Source: an uncultured Gemmatimonadota bacterium
Lineage (GTDB): Bacteria > SM23-81 > DAOVCL01
DNA length: 23,221 bases
Direction: 5' to 3'
NCBI GenBank assembly: GCA_964626665.1
Contig: CAZVGK010000040.1
Span: 1-23,221 of the forward strand
The notes below the pieces were generated by a model. That model was given only the letters and a program-made list of their open reading frames with translations, made no database searches and was not told the origin of the DNA. Numbering within the stretch: the first letter of the stretch is position 1; every line of letters starts with the position of its first letter. This document shows positions 10,555 through 19,119 of the stretch, piece by piece. Position numbers and translations under genes: made by a program.

Positions 10555-10597
10555 CAGGGGGCCTAAAGGCCCTGAACCCGCACTAAAGTGCGGTAGA
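10555..10597. repeat. CTAAAG-loop multi-hairpin element, copy 2 (partial)
   Basis: GGGCCTAAAGGCCCTGAACCCGCACTAAAGTGCGGTAGA; an unrelated hairpin ACCTGTCCCGA...TCGGGACAGGT lies at 10513-10545. Confidence 0.8.
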
Positions 10598-10698
10598 GGT
10601 TAATTGCTTAAGTAACCCGAGCGGCCATTGGGACACAAGTCCGTGGGAAACTTATGAATAATCCGGGTTAAGCCCGGTAAAGGGTTGTGGAAGAGAAC

Positions 10699-10914
10699 TT
10701 ACTGTGAATCGGTTTCTTCCCTCTTCGGGGGGTGGCCTTCCCTCTTGGGACTTGCTGAGCAGAAGAACAAACGGATCCCCACGATGACGAGGATGATTGG
10801 CCACCACTTCCCTATCCCCCCAGTGAGGTAGCCGAGGTTTTTTAAGAGGAAAAGGAGCCCAATGCTAATGAAGATAAGGCCCCAGAGAATCCTATCGTGG
10901 TATCGATATGACAT
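10699..10914 (-). CDS. Small membrane protein, LiaF/LiaI-like (DUF5668-type)
   Basis: ILWGLIFISIGLLFLLKNLG...KWWPIILVIVGIRLFF pattern; G-rich RBS. Confidence 0.75.
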   Translation of the reverse strand: MSYRYHDRILWGLIFISIGLLFLLKNLGYLTGGIGKWWPIILVIVGIRLFFCSASPKREGHPPKREETDSQ

Positions 10915-11009
10915 ATCCCCCCTTTTTTGTTGCCCGGATTATTCACGGACCGATAACAAAGGCGTATTGGAGCCAAGAGGTTGTTGGAAGCTCTCGGGGA
11001 TCTGCCCCC

Positions 11010-12710
11010 CTATGCCTTTTCCTGTGTCTTTTCGATCTTGGCCCAGGTGTCCCGCAACGGCACGGTCCGATTGAAAATTAGCTTTTCCTTGGTGGAATCA
11101 ACTGAGTCGACACAGAAATAGCCCTTTCTCTCGAACTGGTAACGGTTACCGGGGGCAGCACCCTTGAGGGTCGGTTCAGCCCGGCAGGAGCTAAGTAGCT
11201 CCAATGAATGTGGGTTCAAATAGGTCTTGAAGTCAGCTCCCTCCTTCTCACCAACCGGATTTGCCTTTAGGAAGAGCCTATCATAGAGGCGCACTTCGAC
11301 CTCAAAGGAGTGAGGAGCTGAAACCCAGTGGATGGTTCCCCTGACTTTGCGCCCATCTTTGGACCAACCTCCGCGGGTATCTGGATCGTAGGTGCAGTGC
11401 AGCTCTTGCACCTCACCAGTCTGCTCATCTTTCACCGCCCTCCTACAGGTAATGTAATATGCATACCTCAGCCGTACCTCACGCCCGGGGGCCAAACGGA
11501 ACCACTTTTTGGGAGGATCCTCACGAAAGTCATCTCGTTCGATGAACAGGACTTTGGAAAAGGGGACCTTGCGGGTCCCCATCTTGGGGTCCTCCGGATT
11601 GTTTATGGCTTCCAACTCTTCCATTTGGTCATCCGGATAGTTGTCGATGATCACCTTGAGGGGATGCAACACGACCATAACCCGCTGAGCCCGTTTGTTC
11701 AGATCCTCCCGCAGGCAGTGCTCGAGCAAGGCGCCATCAACCAGACTATCCGCCTTAGCTACCCCGATGCGCTCACAAAAGTCCCGTATTGCCTCCGGTG
11801 TATAACCGCGCCTGCGCAATCCCGATATGGTAGGCATTCGGGGGTCATCCCATCCGCTGACATAGCCGCCCTCTACCAGCTCTAAAAGCCTTCGCTTACT
11901 CAACACGGTATAGCTGAGGTTGAGGCGGGCAAATTCGATCTGCTGCGGATGATGGATGCCTAACTCATTCAGATACCAATCGTAAAGGGGACGGTGGTCT
12001 TCGAATTCGAGCGTGCAGATTGAGTGGGTAATCCCCTCAATGGAGTCCGACTGGCCATGGGCAAAATCGTACATCGGGTAGATGTTCCACTTATCACCCG
12101 TCCGGTGGTGTTTGGCCTTGAGGATTCGATACATAACTGGGTCGCGCAGGTTCAGGTTTCCAGCGGCCATATCAATTTTGGCCCGCAACACGCGAGAACC
12201 ATCAGGAAACTCGCCTGCCCGCATACGGCGAAATAGGTCCAAATTTTCCGCGATGGATCGATTGCGGTAAGGGCTATTCTTCCCCGGCTCAGTCAAGGTG
12301 CCCCTGGTCTGGCGGATTTCATCAGCGTTTAAATCGCAGATATAAGCCTTGCCCTTTTTGATCAACTGCAGGGCATATTCATATAGCTGATCGAAGTAGT
12401 CGGAGGCGTAGAAGAGCCGATCCTCCCAAGCAAACCCCAGCCAGCGAATATCCTCTTTGATCGACTTTACATATTCCTCTTGTTCTTTGGTGGGGTTGGT
12501 ATCATCAAATCGCAAATTGCAGAGGCCGTTGTATTTGAGGGCAATGCCGAAATTAAGGCAGATGGATTTGGCATGGCCTATATGTAGGTAGCCGTTCGGC
12601 TCAGGCGGGAAGCGGGTATGGACTCGGCCATTGTATCTGTTTGTCTTCAGGTCCTCCTCGATGATATCATTGATGAAGTTAGTCGGTTGGGTAGAATTGG
12701 TAGTAGTCAT
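11010..12710 (-). CDS. glnS: Glutamine--tRNA ligase
   Basis: [18 protein letters not shown] (HIGH), [30 protein letters not shown]...FNRTVPLRD. Confidence 0.97.
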   Translation of the reverse strand: MTTTNSTQPTNFINDIIEEDLKTNRYNGRVHTRFPPEPNGYLHIGHAKSICLNFGIALKYNGLCNLRFDDTNPTKEQEEYVKSIKEDIRWLGFAWEDRLFYASDYFDQLYEYALQLIKKGKAYICDLNADEIRQTRGTLTEPGKNSPYRNRSIAENLDLFRRMRAGEFPDGSRVLRAKIDMAAGNLNLRDPVMYRILKAKHHRTGDKWNIYPMYDFAHGQSDSIEGITHSICTLEFEDHRPLYDWYLNELGIHHPQQIEFARLNLSYTVLSKRRLLELVEGGYVSGWDDPRMPTISGLRRRGYTPEAIRDFCERIGVAKADSLVDGALLEHCLREDLNKRAQRVMVVLHPLKVIIDNYPDDQMEELEAINNPEDPKMGTRKVPFSKVLFIERDDFREDPPKKWFRLAPGREVRLRYAYYITCRRAVKDEQTGEVQELHCTYDPDTRGGWSKDGRKVRGTIHWVSAPHSFEVEVRLYDRLFLKANPVGEKEGADFKTYLNPHSLELLSSCRAEPTLKGAAPGNRYQFERKGYFCVDSVDSTKEKLIFNRTVPLRDTWAKIEKTQEKA

Positions 12711-12779
12711 CTGATCAGTCCCCCTTAAATTTCCTCCTTCGTGAACTTAGCGACCGTAGAACAATTTCTACTCTGTTAG

Positions 12780-12972
12780 GGACAGACATTTATGTCTGTC
12801 CGCTCCTTCGGACTCCGCTAAAGTGGAGTCCCCACACCTTTGATTATTAGTATCAGGAGGTGCCTCCCACAACTTCTACCCCCGCTAAAGCGGGGGGGTA
12901 ACCTCTTCTGGGCTTTAGCCCATTCTCTTAGGGCCCTGAAGGGTCCTTAACCCGCACTAAAGTGCGGTAGAA
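12780..12972. repeat. Cluster of palindromes including CTAAAG-loop element copy 3 (12874-12972)
   Basis: GGACAGACA-TTTA-TGTCTGTCC; GGACTCCGCTAAAGTGGAGTCC; CCCCCGCTAAAGCGGGGG; GGGCTTTAGCCC; GGGCCCTGAAGGGTCC; CCGCACTAAAGTGCGG. Confidence 0.8.
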
Positions 12973-13009
12973 AGAGGGGTTTAGGCCACTTCCTCCCTTG
13001 GTCTGATGG

Positions 13010-14086
13010 TCAATATCTCACCAGCTCCAACTTAGGATTGGGGTTGAATTTCCTTCCCACCTTGGTACAGGGTTTACCCTCCACCTGGACAATATCAGCG
13101 GTAAAATCCATCCTCTCCTTAAACAGGGAGGAACCCACTCCCACGGCATCAAAGGGGACTCCGAGCTTGATGAACTGTTCCAACCTCTGCACATTGAAGC
13201 CTCCGGAGACAACTATCTTTACCCAGGGGAATCCCTCCTCATCCAGCCTCTTTCTGACCAGCCAGCAGAGTTCTGGGCAGACCCCTAAGGACTCCTCCCC
13301 TCGAGGGATCACGGATTTGTCCCGCAGATTCCTGGCTGTATCCAGCCTTATCCCCCAGAGCCTCTTCCCCATTGCCCGGGCCACGGCCAGGGAGGTGTTT
13401 ACACAGTCATTGTCGAAGTCCACCAAAACTATCCGCTTAATTTCCTTGGGCATCTGGCGATCGAAGGCCAAAGCAGCAACTACGGTATCTCCCCCGTAAG
13501 CGGCAATTAGGCTATGGGGAATTGTCCCCAGACCTTCCTCTCCCCACCAGGCTCCCTGGGCATCGGTGGAAACCCCGGTGGCCCCAGCGACAAAGGCCGC
13601 ATATCCATCTGTTGTCTGAACCCGATAATGGTCAAACCTGGCGGGAAAGAAGAGAACTGTTTTCCCTTGAGCAGCCTTAATAACCGTACTAACAGAGGTG
13701 GCCACCGAGGTGGCCCGGGCCATAACCCCCAAATAAACGGTCTCCAGGTGGGCGAAGGTGCTATAATCTCCCTCAATGATGAGGACCGTCTCCCAGGCCT
13801 TAATTCTGTCCCCATCCCTGAGGGCTTTGATTACCAGTTTTTCTGATCTTTCAGCGCAGAGGGTGAGGATAGCAATGGCCTCATCTATCCCGCAAAGAAC
13901 CCCGTCCTTGCGGGGGAAGACCTGCATAAGAACTCGGGGGTGATGGTTATCCCTGATGAGGATATCTTTTGTGCGGACGAAATACTTGTCGCTATACCAA
14001 CCTTTCTTTATCTTTTCCACAGGAAGGTCAAAAACCTGAGGAGGAAGCCTTTTACCTCTCTTCCATTTGCTCTCTTTCTCAGCCAA
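13010..14086 (-). CDS. pncB: Nicotinate phosphoribosyltransferase (QAPRTase-like subfamily)
   Basis: SDKYF, GTIPHSLI, LVDFDND, GIRLDT, IVVSGGF, GVGS, KVGR motifs; 8-bp overlap with the nicotinamidase gene. Confidence 0.8.
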   Translation of the reverse strand: MAEKESKWKRGKRLPPQVFDLPVEKIKKGWYSDKYFVRTKDILIRDNHHPRVLMQVFPRKDGVLCGIDEAIAILTLCAERSEKLVIKALRDGDRIKAWETVLIIEGDYSTFAHLETVYLGVMARATSVATSVSTVIKAAQGKTVLFFPARFDHYRVQTTDGYAAFVAGATGVSTDAQGAWWGEEGLGTIPHSLIAAYGGDTVVAALAFDRQMPKEIKRIVLVDFDNDCVNTSLAVARAMGKRLWGIRLDTARNLRDKSVIPRGEESLGVCPELCWLVRKRLDEEGFPWVKIVVSGGFNVQRLEQFIKLGVPFDAVGVGSSLFKERMDFTADIVQVEGKPCTKVGRKFNPNPKLELVRY

Positions 14087-14597
14087 TTTGAGCCCCGTAT
14101 ATCTTTTCCATTCTCTTTAGGGAGAAGCTATGAAACTGGGGATCGATGTCTGCCACCCCATCCCGATAGACCTTCACCTGGTAATCCCTGTTTCTTAACC
14201 CCCCCACAGTGTCCATCACACAGATGGAGGTGCAGACGCCTACAACCTCCACCTTGGTGAGCCCATTTCTTTTAAGGATGCCAGCGAGATCTGTCCCATA
14301 GAACCCGCTATACCTCGTCTTCCTGACCACCAGGTCTTTCTCCCCAACTGGCAGCTCATCTATAAGCTCTGCACCTTCCGTTCCCTCTACACAGTGAGGG
14401 GGAAAGAGCTCGAACTCCTTGTCGTCCTTCCGGTGAAGGTCACAGAGGAAGATGACCAGCTCATTGTTTTTATGGAAATCCTCTATCTTTCGACGCACGA
14501 AAGGGATAATTCCCCTGACCTTATCCCCACAGTAGAGCTTCCCTGTAGGGTAGAGGAAATCCTTGAGCATATCGATCACAAGCAATGCTTTACTCAT
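14079..14597 (-). CDS. pncA: Nicotinamidase / isochorismatase-family cysteine hydrolase
   Basis: Triad motifs VIDM, KTRYSGF, GVCTSICV; metal ligands in DLH and PPHC; operon with pncB. Confidence 0.85.
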   Translation of the reverse strand: MSKALLVIDMLKDFLYPTGKLYCGDKVRGIIPFVRRKIEDFHKNNELVIFLCDLHRKDDKEFELFPPHCVEGTEGAELIDELPVGEKDLVVRKTRYSGFYGTDLAGILKRNGLTKVEVVGVCTSICVMDTVGGLRNRDYQVKVYRDGVADIDPQFHSFSLKRMEKIYGAQIG

Positions 14598-14604
14598 TGT
14601 CCTT

Positions 14605-14633
14605 AAATTATCTCAAAGCCCTTCAGATGTCAA
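14605..14633 (-). promoter_or_regulatory. sigma-70-type promoter for pncA-pncB
   Basis: TTGACA-N17-TAATTT, with the -10 ending 7 nt before the ATG. Confidence 0.55.
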
Positions 14634-14848
14634 GGGAAAATCCTCAGTTGGCCCATTCACCATTGGATCTCAAGCAATGGATCATTATACAATGGTCAAT
14701 TAACAATTAGCAAGTTAAAATGAAATGAAGCCAGAAAATCTGGAGATGTAAGCCATTTTTCATTGATAATTGTTCATCAATCATTGACCATCTCTTTGTC
14801 AGTCCGTGGTTATCAGTGGTGGACTATTACCCTAATTTAAACTTTTTG

Positions 14849-14877
14849 TTGACACCCTTGGTTAAAAACCTTATATT
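14849..14877 (+). promoter_or_regulatory. sigma-70-type promoter for the tRNA-Ser pair
   Basis: TTGACA-N17-TATATT, 10 nt before the tRNA. Confidence 0.75.
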
Positions 14878-14887
14878 TACCTTGGTT

Positions 14888-14972
14888 GGAGGGTTAGCCT
14901 AACTGGTAAGGCAGCGGACTTGAAATCCGCCGTCCTTTAACGGACTTGGGGGTTCGAGTCCCTCACCCTCCG
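14888..14972 (+). tRNA. tRNA-Ser(TGA), CCA not encoded
   Basis: Acceptor GGAGGGT/ACCCTCC, G73, anticodon arm GCGGA-CTTGAAA-TCCGC, long variable arm, GGTTCGAGTCC. Confidence 0.95.
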
Positions 14973-14984
14973 CTATAGCGAATC

Positions 14985-15082
<98 letters not shown>

Positions 15083-15101
15083 AAGAGGAAGTTGAGGCAT
15101 A

Positions 15102-15818
15102 TTGAGTAAAATGGCTGACAAGGATGGAATTTATAAGAATGCTTCTCTTGTCGAGGTGGTTTTTGAGATAAGATTTCCGGGAGAGCCAGCCATTGAATGT
15201 AATAGGGACAAATTTTATGAGAGGATAAGGGATGTTTACTCGAAAGTTTGGGCTCCTAAATCATTTGAAGGTAAAGCGAAGGCTTTAGAACCATACAAAT
15301 TCGAACGTGAAGATGGCACTAATGGAGTTATGTTGTCTATCGATAAGGTTGCAGTATATTGCAAAAAGTACATGGGCTTTAAACCATTTAAAAAAGAGAC
15401 GATGAGGGTATTCTCCATTTTTGGAGAATTGTTTAAGGTACAAAAACTTAACAGAGTAGGACTGCGGTATATAAATATCATACCTTTTACCAGGGAAAAA
15501 GATGTTATCCCCATAAAAAATTATTTAAATATTAAGATAGAGTTACCGAAGTCCATACCAACTGATTTTAAAAATCTAAACATAATATTTGTATCTCAAA
15601 CCAAAGGTGGCAGTATAACAACGCACATTGAACCAGCTATTTCTCCCGATAAAATCCAAGAAGTCATCATTTTGGATTTTGATTATGCTAAAGAGAAGAA
15701 TTTGATTTTCGGTTTAATAGATAAATATCTTGATGAAAGTCACCAACATACAAAATATTTATTCGAGGAGCTAATAACCGACAGGTATAAAAAAGTAATG
15801 CGTGGGGAGATGATATAA
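15102..15818 (+). CDS. TIGR04255-like protein of unknown function
   Basis: YKNASLVEVVFEIRF, RVGLRYINII, IILDFD signature; AT-rich; start may be ATG 15111. Confidence 0.8.
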   Translation: MSKMADKDGIYKNASLVEVVFEIRFPGEPAIECNRDKFYERIRDVYSKVWAPKSFEGKAKALEPYKFEREDGTNGVMLSIDKVAVYCKKYMGFKPFKKETMRVFSIFGELFKVQKLNRVGLRYINIIPFTREKDVIPIKNYLNIKIELPKSIPTDFKNLNIIFVSQTKGGSITTHIEPAISPDKIQEVIILDFDYAKEKNLIFGLIDKYLDESHQHTKYLFEELITDRYKKVMRGEMI

Positions 15819-16246
15819 TGAGTCCTTCATTGGTTGAAAGCACTTATAATATAATAAAAGAAAGAACGGCGTATGTACCAGAAAATTATATAGACTCCAG
15901 AGTTAGAGGGGTGGGGACGGCTTCTACTATTGCTCCACAACAAATTTTCAGCCATATTAAGAAATATCAACCAAGTCCTATATGGAGAATCTATGCAGAA
16001 GCCAAGAAGTTTTATACTGCTAAACCGGTAGCAGTAAGAATTTATCGTGATGAGGATTTATTTTTTGCTGAGAATGAAAACCTTGCTGTTTGCGGCACCG
16101 GAGATACTTCTAAAGGTGCCCTTCAGGATTTATGTTTGCATATTATACATTTTTATGAGTACTACAGGGAAATTGATAAGAGCAAACTTACTGGCGATGC
16201 TTTGAGATTGAAAGATCTCTACGAGAATTTGCTTGTTGAGGAATAG
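15818..16246 (+). CDS. HicB-like antitoxin domain with a ~65-aa N-terminal extension and no DNA-binding domain
   Basis: VRIYRDEDLFFAENENLAVCGTGDTSKGALQDL resembles the HicB N-domain pattern; TAATG overlap with the upstream gene. Confidence 0.6.
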   Translation: MSPSLVESTYNIIKERTAYVPENYIDSRVRGVGTASTIAPQQIFSHIKKYQPSPIWRIYAEAKKFYTAKPVAVRIYRDEDLFFAENENLAVCGTGDTSKGALQDLCLHIIHFYEYYREIDKSKLTGDALRLKDLYENLLVEE

Positions 16247-16247
16247 C

Positions 16248-16538
16248 ATGCAGGTTGAAAGAAGAACAATAGAGTCTAATCTTCCCTCCAAAGGTTTTGT
16301 AGTCCAAGAGACACATCATAGGTATTTTTATCACGAATATCAAGGGTTGAGGACCGGTCCCTATACCTATACATCGCGTGGAAGCAGGTATAAAACTTAT
16401 AGTAAACCACTCTTTAAAAGAATGAGGAAAGAGTTGAGATTAGATACAATTAGGCAGGTTATTGATTTGTTTGAGTGTCCAATTAGCGGTGAGGACTATA
16501 ATAGTATCTTAAAGGGTAAGGGATTGATTAAATCTTAG
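16248..16538 (+). CDS. HicA-like (dsRBD-fold) toxin, 96 aa
   Basis: Basic protein with helix-KGF-x5-HH-xYF pattern and LFKRMRKELRL helix; ATG 16248 lies 1 nt after the upstream stop, with GAGGA RBS. Confidence 0.6.
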   Translation: MQVERRTIESNLPSKGFVVQETHHRYFYHEYQGLRTGPYTYTSRGSRYKTYSKPLFKRMRKELRLDTIRQVIDLFECPISGEDYNSILKGKGLIKS

Positions 16539-16570
16539 AAAAGGGGCAGCCAAATCTAACTTCAGGAGAA

Positions 16571-16948
16571 ATGGGACTAACATTTCTGAAAATTGAGGTA
16601 GGGAATCCTGCCCAACCGGAGATTAGAGTAGAGGTGAAACTTCTGGTAGACTCTGGTGCTATCTACTCCGTGGTGCCAAGAGGGATCTTAGATAAACTGG
16701 GGATCAAACCTCTTGCCGAGGAGAAGTTTAAATTGGCGAATGGAGAGACGATAACCCGCAAAAAAGGGGGGGCGCTCTTTAAATATGGGGAGAGGATAGG
16801 TGTAGCAGATGTAATCTTTGGCGCACCCGGAGACAGCAACCTTTTGGGGGCATTCACTTTGGAGGCCTTGGGGTTGGCACTTGATCCCCTGAAACGGGAA
16901 CTCAAGCTTCTCCCTATGGTCATCGCCCCAGTTAATTCCAAACCATAA
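16571..16948 (+). CDS. Clan AA (retropepsin-like) aspartic protease
   Basis: LLVDSGAIYS catalytic motif, LANG flap, LLGAFTLEALG; CAGGAG RBS. Confidence 0.88.
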   Translation: MGLTFLKIEVGNPAQPEIRVEVKLLVDSGAIYSVVPRGILDKLGIKPLAEEKFKLANGETITRKKGGALFKYGERIGVADVIFGAPGDSNLLGAFTLEALGLALDPLKRELKLLPMVIAPVNSKP

Positions 16949-16960
16949 GCTCAGGAGGGT

Positions 16961-17329
16961 ATGGTGAATTTCGAATTGAAAAGAGTTGATGTTTGGTCGG
17001 TGGTGAAGATAGTCTTTTTTCTGGATGCTGTCATCGGGCTTTTGGTTGGTTTCTTCTATACTTTTGTCTTTAGTCTAATAGGTGGTTTTCTGAGTGGGGA
17101 GAGAGCCCTCCCGATGATGGGTTTCTTCTCAGGTGTTGTTGGTTTTTTTATGTCCTTTGTGTTAGCCATTTTTTATGCCGTTTTGGGAGCTGTCTTCACA
17201 GCCATCTTGGCTGGCCTTTACAACCTTTTAGCGGGGTGGCTGGGCGGGTTCAAGCTCTCCTTAGCTGAGGAGATACGTCCTGAAGCTTCCCCTCCCCCAG
17301 AGCTGCCAAGCCGAGAGGAACCCGCTTAA
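16961..17329 (+). CDS. Membrane protein, DUF3566-like
   Basis: LKRVDVWSVVK start, two hydrophobic helices, LYNLLAGWLGG. Confidence 0.72.
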   Translation: MVNFELKRVDVWSVVKIVFFLDAVIGLLVGFFYTFVFSLIGGFLSGERALPMMGFFSGVVGFFMSFVLAIFYAVLGAVFTAILAGLYNLLAGWLGGFKLSLAEEIRPEASPPPELPSREEPA

Positions 17330-17331
17330 CT

Positions 17332-18768
17332 ATGGGGGAGGTTAGGGTTCGTATTGCTCCCTCTCCCACCGGGTTTCTGCATATAGGGACGGTTCGCACA
17401 GCCCTTTACAACTGGCTTTTTGCGCGCAACAGGGGGGGGAAATTTATCCTGCGGATTGAGGATACGGACTTAGAGAGATCTGGCCCCGAGATGGTTGAGG
17501 TGATCATTGACAGCTTAAAATGGTTGGGATTGGACTGGGATGAAGGCCCCTATTTTCAATCCCAGAGGATGGGGGTTTACCAGGGATACGCCCAAAGGCT
17601 TTTGGCCTCAGGGAATGCCTACTATTGTTACTGCACGGAGCAGGAGCTACGGGAGAGGAGGGAACAGGCCATTAGGGAAAAGAGGGATAGCAAATATGAT
17701 CGTCGTTGCCTGAAACTTACCCCTGAGGAGAGGCAAAATCTGGGTAGGATGGGTAAGCCCAAGGCCCTGCGTTTCTTAGTGCCAGAGGGGAAGACGGTGG
17801 TTGAGGATTTGGTCTGTGGCCGGGTGGAGAAGGATAACTCAGAAATTGAGGACCTCATCATCGTGCGCTCAGATGGCCGCCCCACCTATAATTTAGCCTG
17901 TGTGGTGGACGACTTGGAGATGGGGATCACCCATGTGATCAGGGGTAATGACCATCTTTCCAATACCTTCAAACAGATTTTGATGTATAGGGCCTTAGGG
18001 GTTCCTTTCCCTTGGTTCGCTCACCTTCCCCTGGGCTTGGGCGAGGACCGCAGCAAGATATCCAAAAGGTATGGGGCGGTCTCTGTCACTGAATACAGAA
18101 AGATGGGTTTCCTTCCCAAGGCTCTGATCAACTATTTGGCCCTTTTGGGATGGTCCCCCGGCGATGATCGGGAGATAATGAGCCATGAGGAGCTGGTAAA
18201 GGCCTTCAGCCTGGCCAGGGTTAGACCCACAAATCCGATCTTTGACCTGCAAAAGTTAGAGTGGATGAACAGCCAGTACATAAAGGGGTTGGAGGAAGAG
18301 GATCTGCTCAGGCTCGTCCTTCCCTTTCTCCAGGAGAAGGGATGGTTCCGGGGGGAACTTGCGGGGGAGAAGAGGGAATGGTTGATGAGAGTTCTTCTGC
18401 TCCTTAGGGAGAGGGCCCATAGGCTCACCGACTTTGTGGACTTGGGGAACTACTTCTTCTCCTCTGAAATAGAGTATGATCCGCAGGCGGTTGAGGAGCA
18501 TCTTCGCAGCCCGGGAATAAAGAGGAAGATAGTCTTGTTGGGGGAGAGGCTTGCCGAGCTGCAGGATTTTTCTGCAGAAAATATCGAAGTTGCCTTAAGA
18601 ACCCTGGCCAAAGAGCTGGGGGTGAAGGCGGCAGAGCTTATTCATCCTCTCCGGGTTGCCGCAACGGGAAGAAAAGGTGGGCCCAGCCTCTTTCACCTGC
18701 TGGAACTTTTGGGGAAGGAGAAGGTTTTAAAAAGGTTAGAGAATGCCCTCAGCTTACTAGCTAAATAG
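17332..18768 (+). CDS. gltX: Glutamate--tRNA ligase
   Basis: RIAPSPTGFLHIG, LRIEDTD, CYC...YDRRC, ITHVIRGNDH, KISKR, C-terminal anticodon-binding domain. Confidence 0.97.
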   Translation: MGEVRVRIAPSPTGFLHIGTVRTALYNWLFARNRGGKFILRIEDTDLERSGPEMVEVIIDSLKWLGLDWDEGPYFQSQRMGVYQGYAQRLLASGNAYYCYCTEQELRERREQAIREKRDSKYDRRCLKLTPEERQNLGRMGKPKALRFLVPEGKTVVEDLVCGRVEKDNSEIEDLIIVRSDGRPTYNLACVVDDLEMGITHVIRGNDHLSNTFKQILMYRALGVPFPWFAHLPLGLGEDRSKISKRYGAVSVTEYRKMGFLPKALINYLALLGWSPGDDREIMSHEELVKAFSLARVRPTNPIFDLQKLEWMNSQYIKGLEEEDLLRLVLPFLQEKGWFRGELAGEKREWLMRVLLLLRERAHRLTDFVDLGNYFFSSEIEYDPQAVEEHLRSPGIKRKIVLLGERLAELQDFSAENIEVALRTLAKELGVKAAELIHPLRVAATGRKGGPSLFHLLELLGKEKVLKRLENALSLLAK

Positions 18769-18771
18769 AAT

Positions 18772-18845
18772 TGGGGAGTCGTCTAATGGCAGGACACGAG
18801 ACTCTGGATCTCGGTGTCGGGGTTCGAATCCCTGCTCCCCAGCCA
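18772..18845 (+). tRNA. tRNA-Gln(CTG)
   Basis: Acceptor TGGGGAG/CTCCCCA, CGAGA-CTCTGGA-TCTCG, GCCA end. Confidence 0.96.
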
Positions 18846-18847
18846 GA

Positions 18848-19000
18848 ATCTGAAATTATGCGAGTAAACACCGAATGACACCGAAACTACCGAAATATAA
18901 ATGATTTATAAAAATTGGCATTTCATTTTTTAGGTAAAATCCTCTCTTCGGGTCTCTTTTTACTTCAGTGATTTTCGGTGTTTAATGCATAATCCGGGAT
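18848..19000. mobile_element. Non-coding MITE-like element with nested inverted repeats filling the tRNA-Gln/tRNA-Glu spacer
   Basis: Outer IR ATCTGAAATTATGC / GCATAATCCGGGAT (10/14); inner IR TAAACACCGAATGACACCGAA / TTCAGTGATTTTCGGTGTTTA (17/21); same layout as 5582-5754. Confidence 0.5.
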
Positions 19001-19005
19001 AAATT

Positions 19006-19078
19006 GGCGCCATCGTCTAGAGGTCTAGGATACGTGGTTCTCAGCCATGTGACCGGGGTTCGATTCCCCGTGGCGCTA
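19006..19078 (+). tRNA. tRNA-Glu(CTC), CCA not encoded
   Basis: Acceptor GGCGCCA/TGGCGCT, CGTGG-TTCTCAG-CCATG, GGTTCGATTCC. Confidence 0.95.
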
Positions 19079-19119
19079 TTTTTCTCCTTTGAGGTTTTTC
19101 TAATGGGGTTAGGTAAAGG

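Noticed and set aside
10611-10675. Integron attC site (TAAC...GTTAAGC)
   Set aside because: No convincing inner L-box pairing, no cassette array and no intI
9077-12972. CRISPR array from the identical 23-mers
   Set aside because: Copies are 1.4-2.4 kb apart with genes between them; no regular spacers and no cas genes
456-14606. Numerous plus-strand and alternate-frame ORFs inside the minus-strand genes (e.g. 1747-2313, 8357-8851, 11328-11885, 13038-13499)
   Set aside because: Antisense or shifted shadows of well-supported genes with no recognisable motifs
14888-14972. Selenocysteine or opal-suppressor tRNA
   Set aside because: The anticodon is TGA (reads UCA, Ser), not TCA; normal 7-bp acceptor stem
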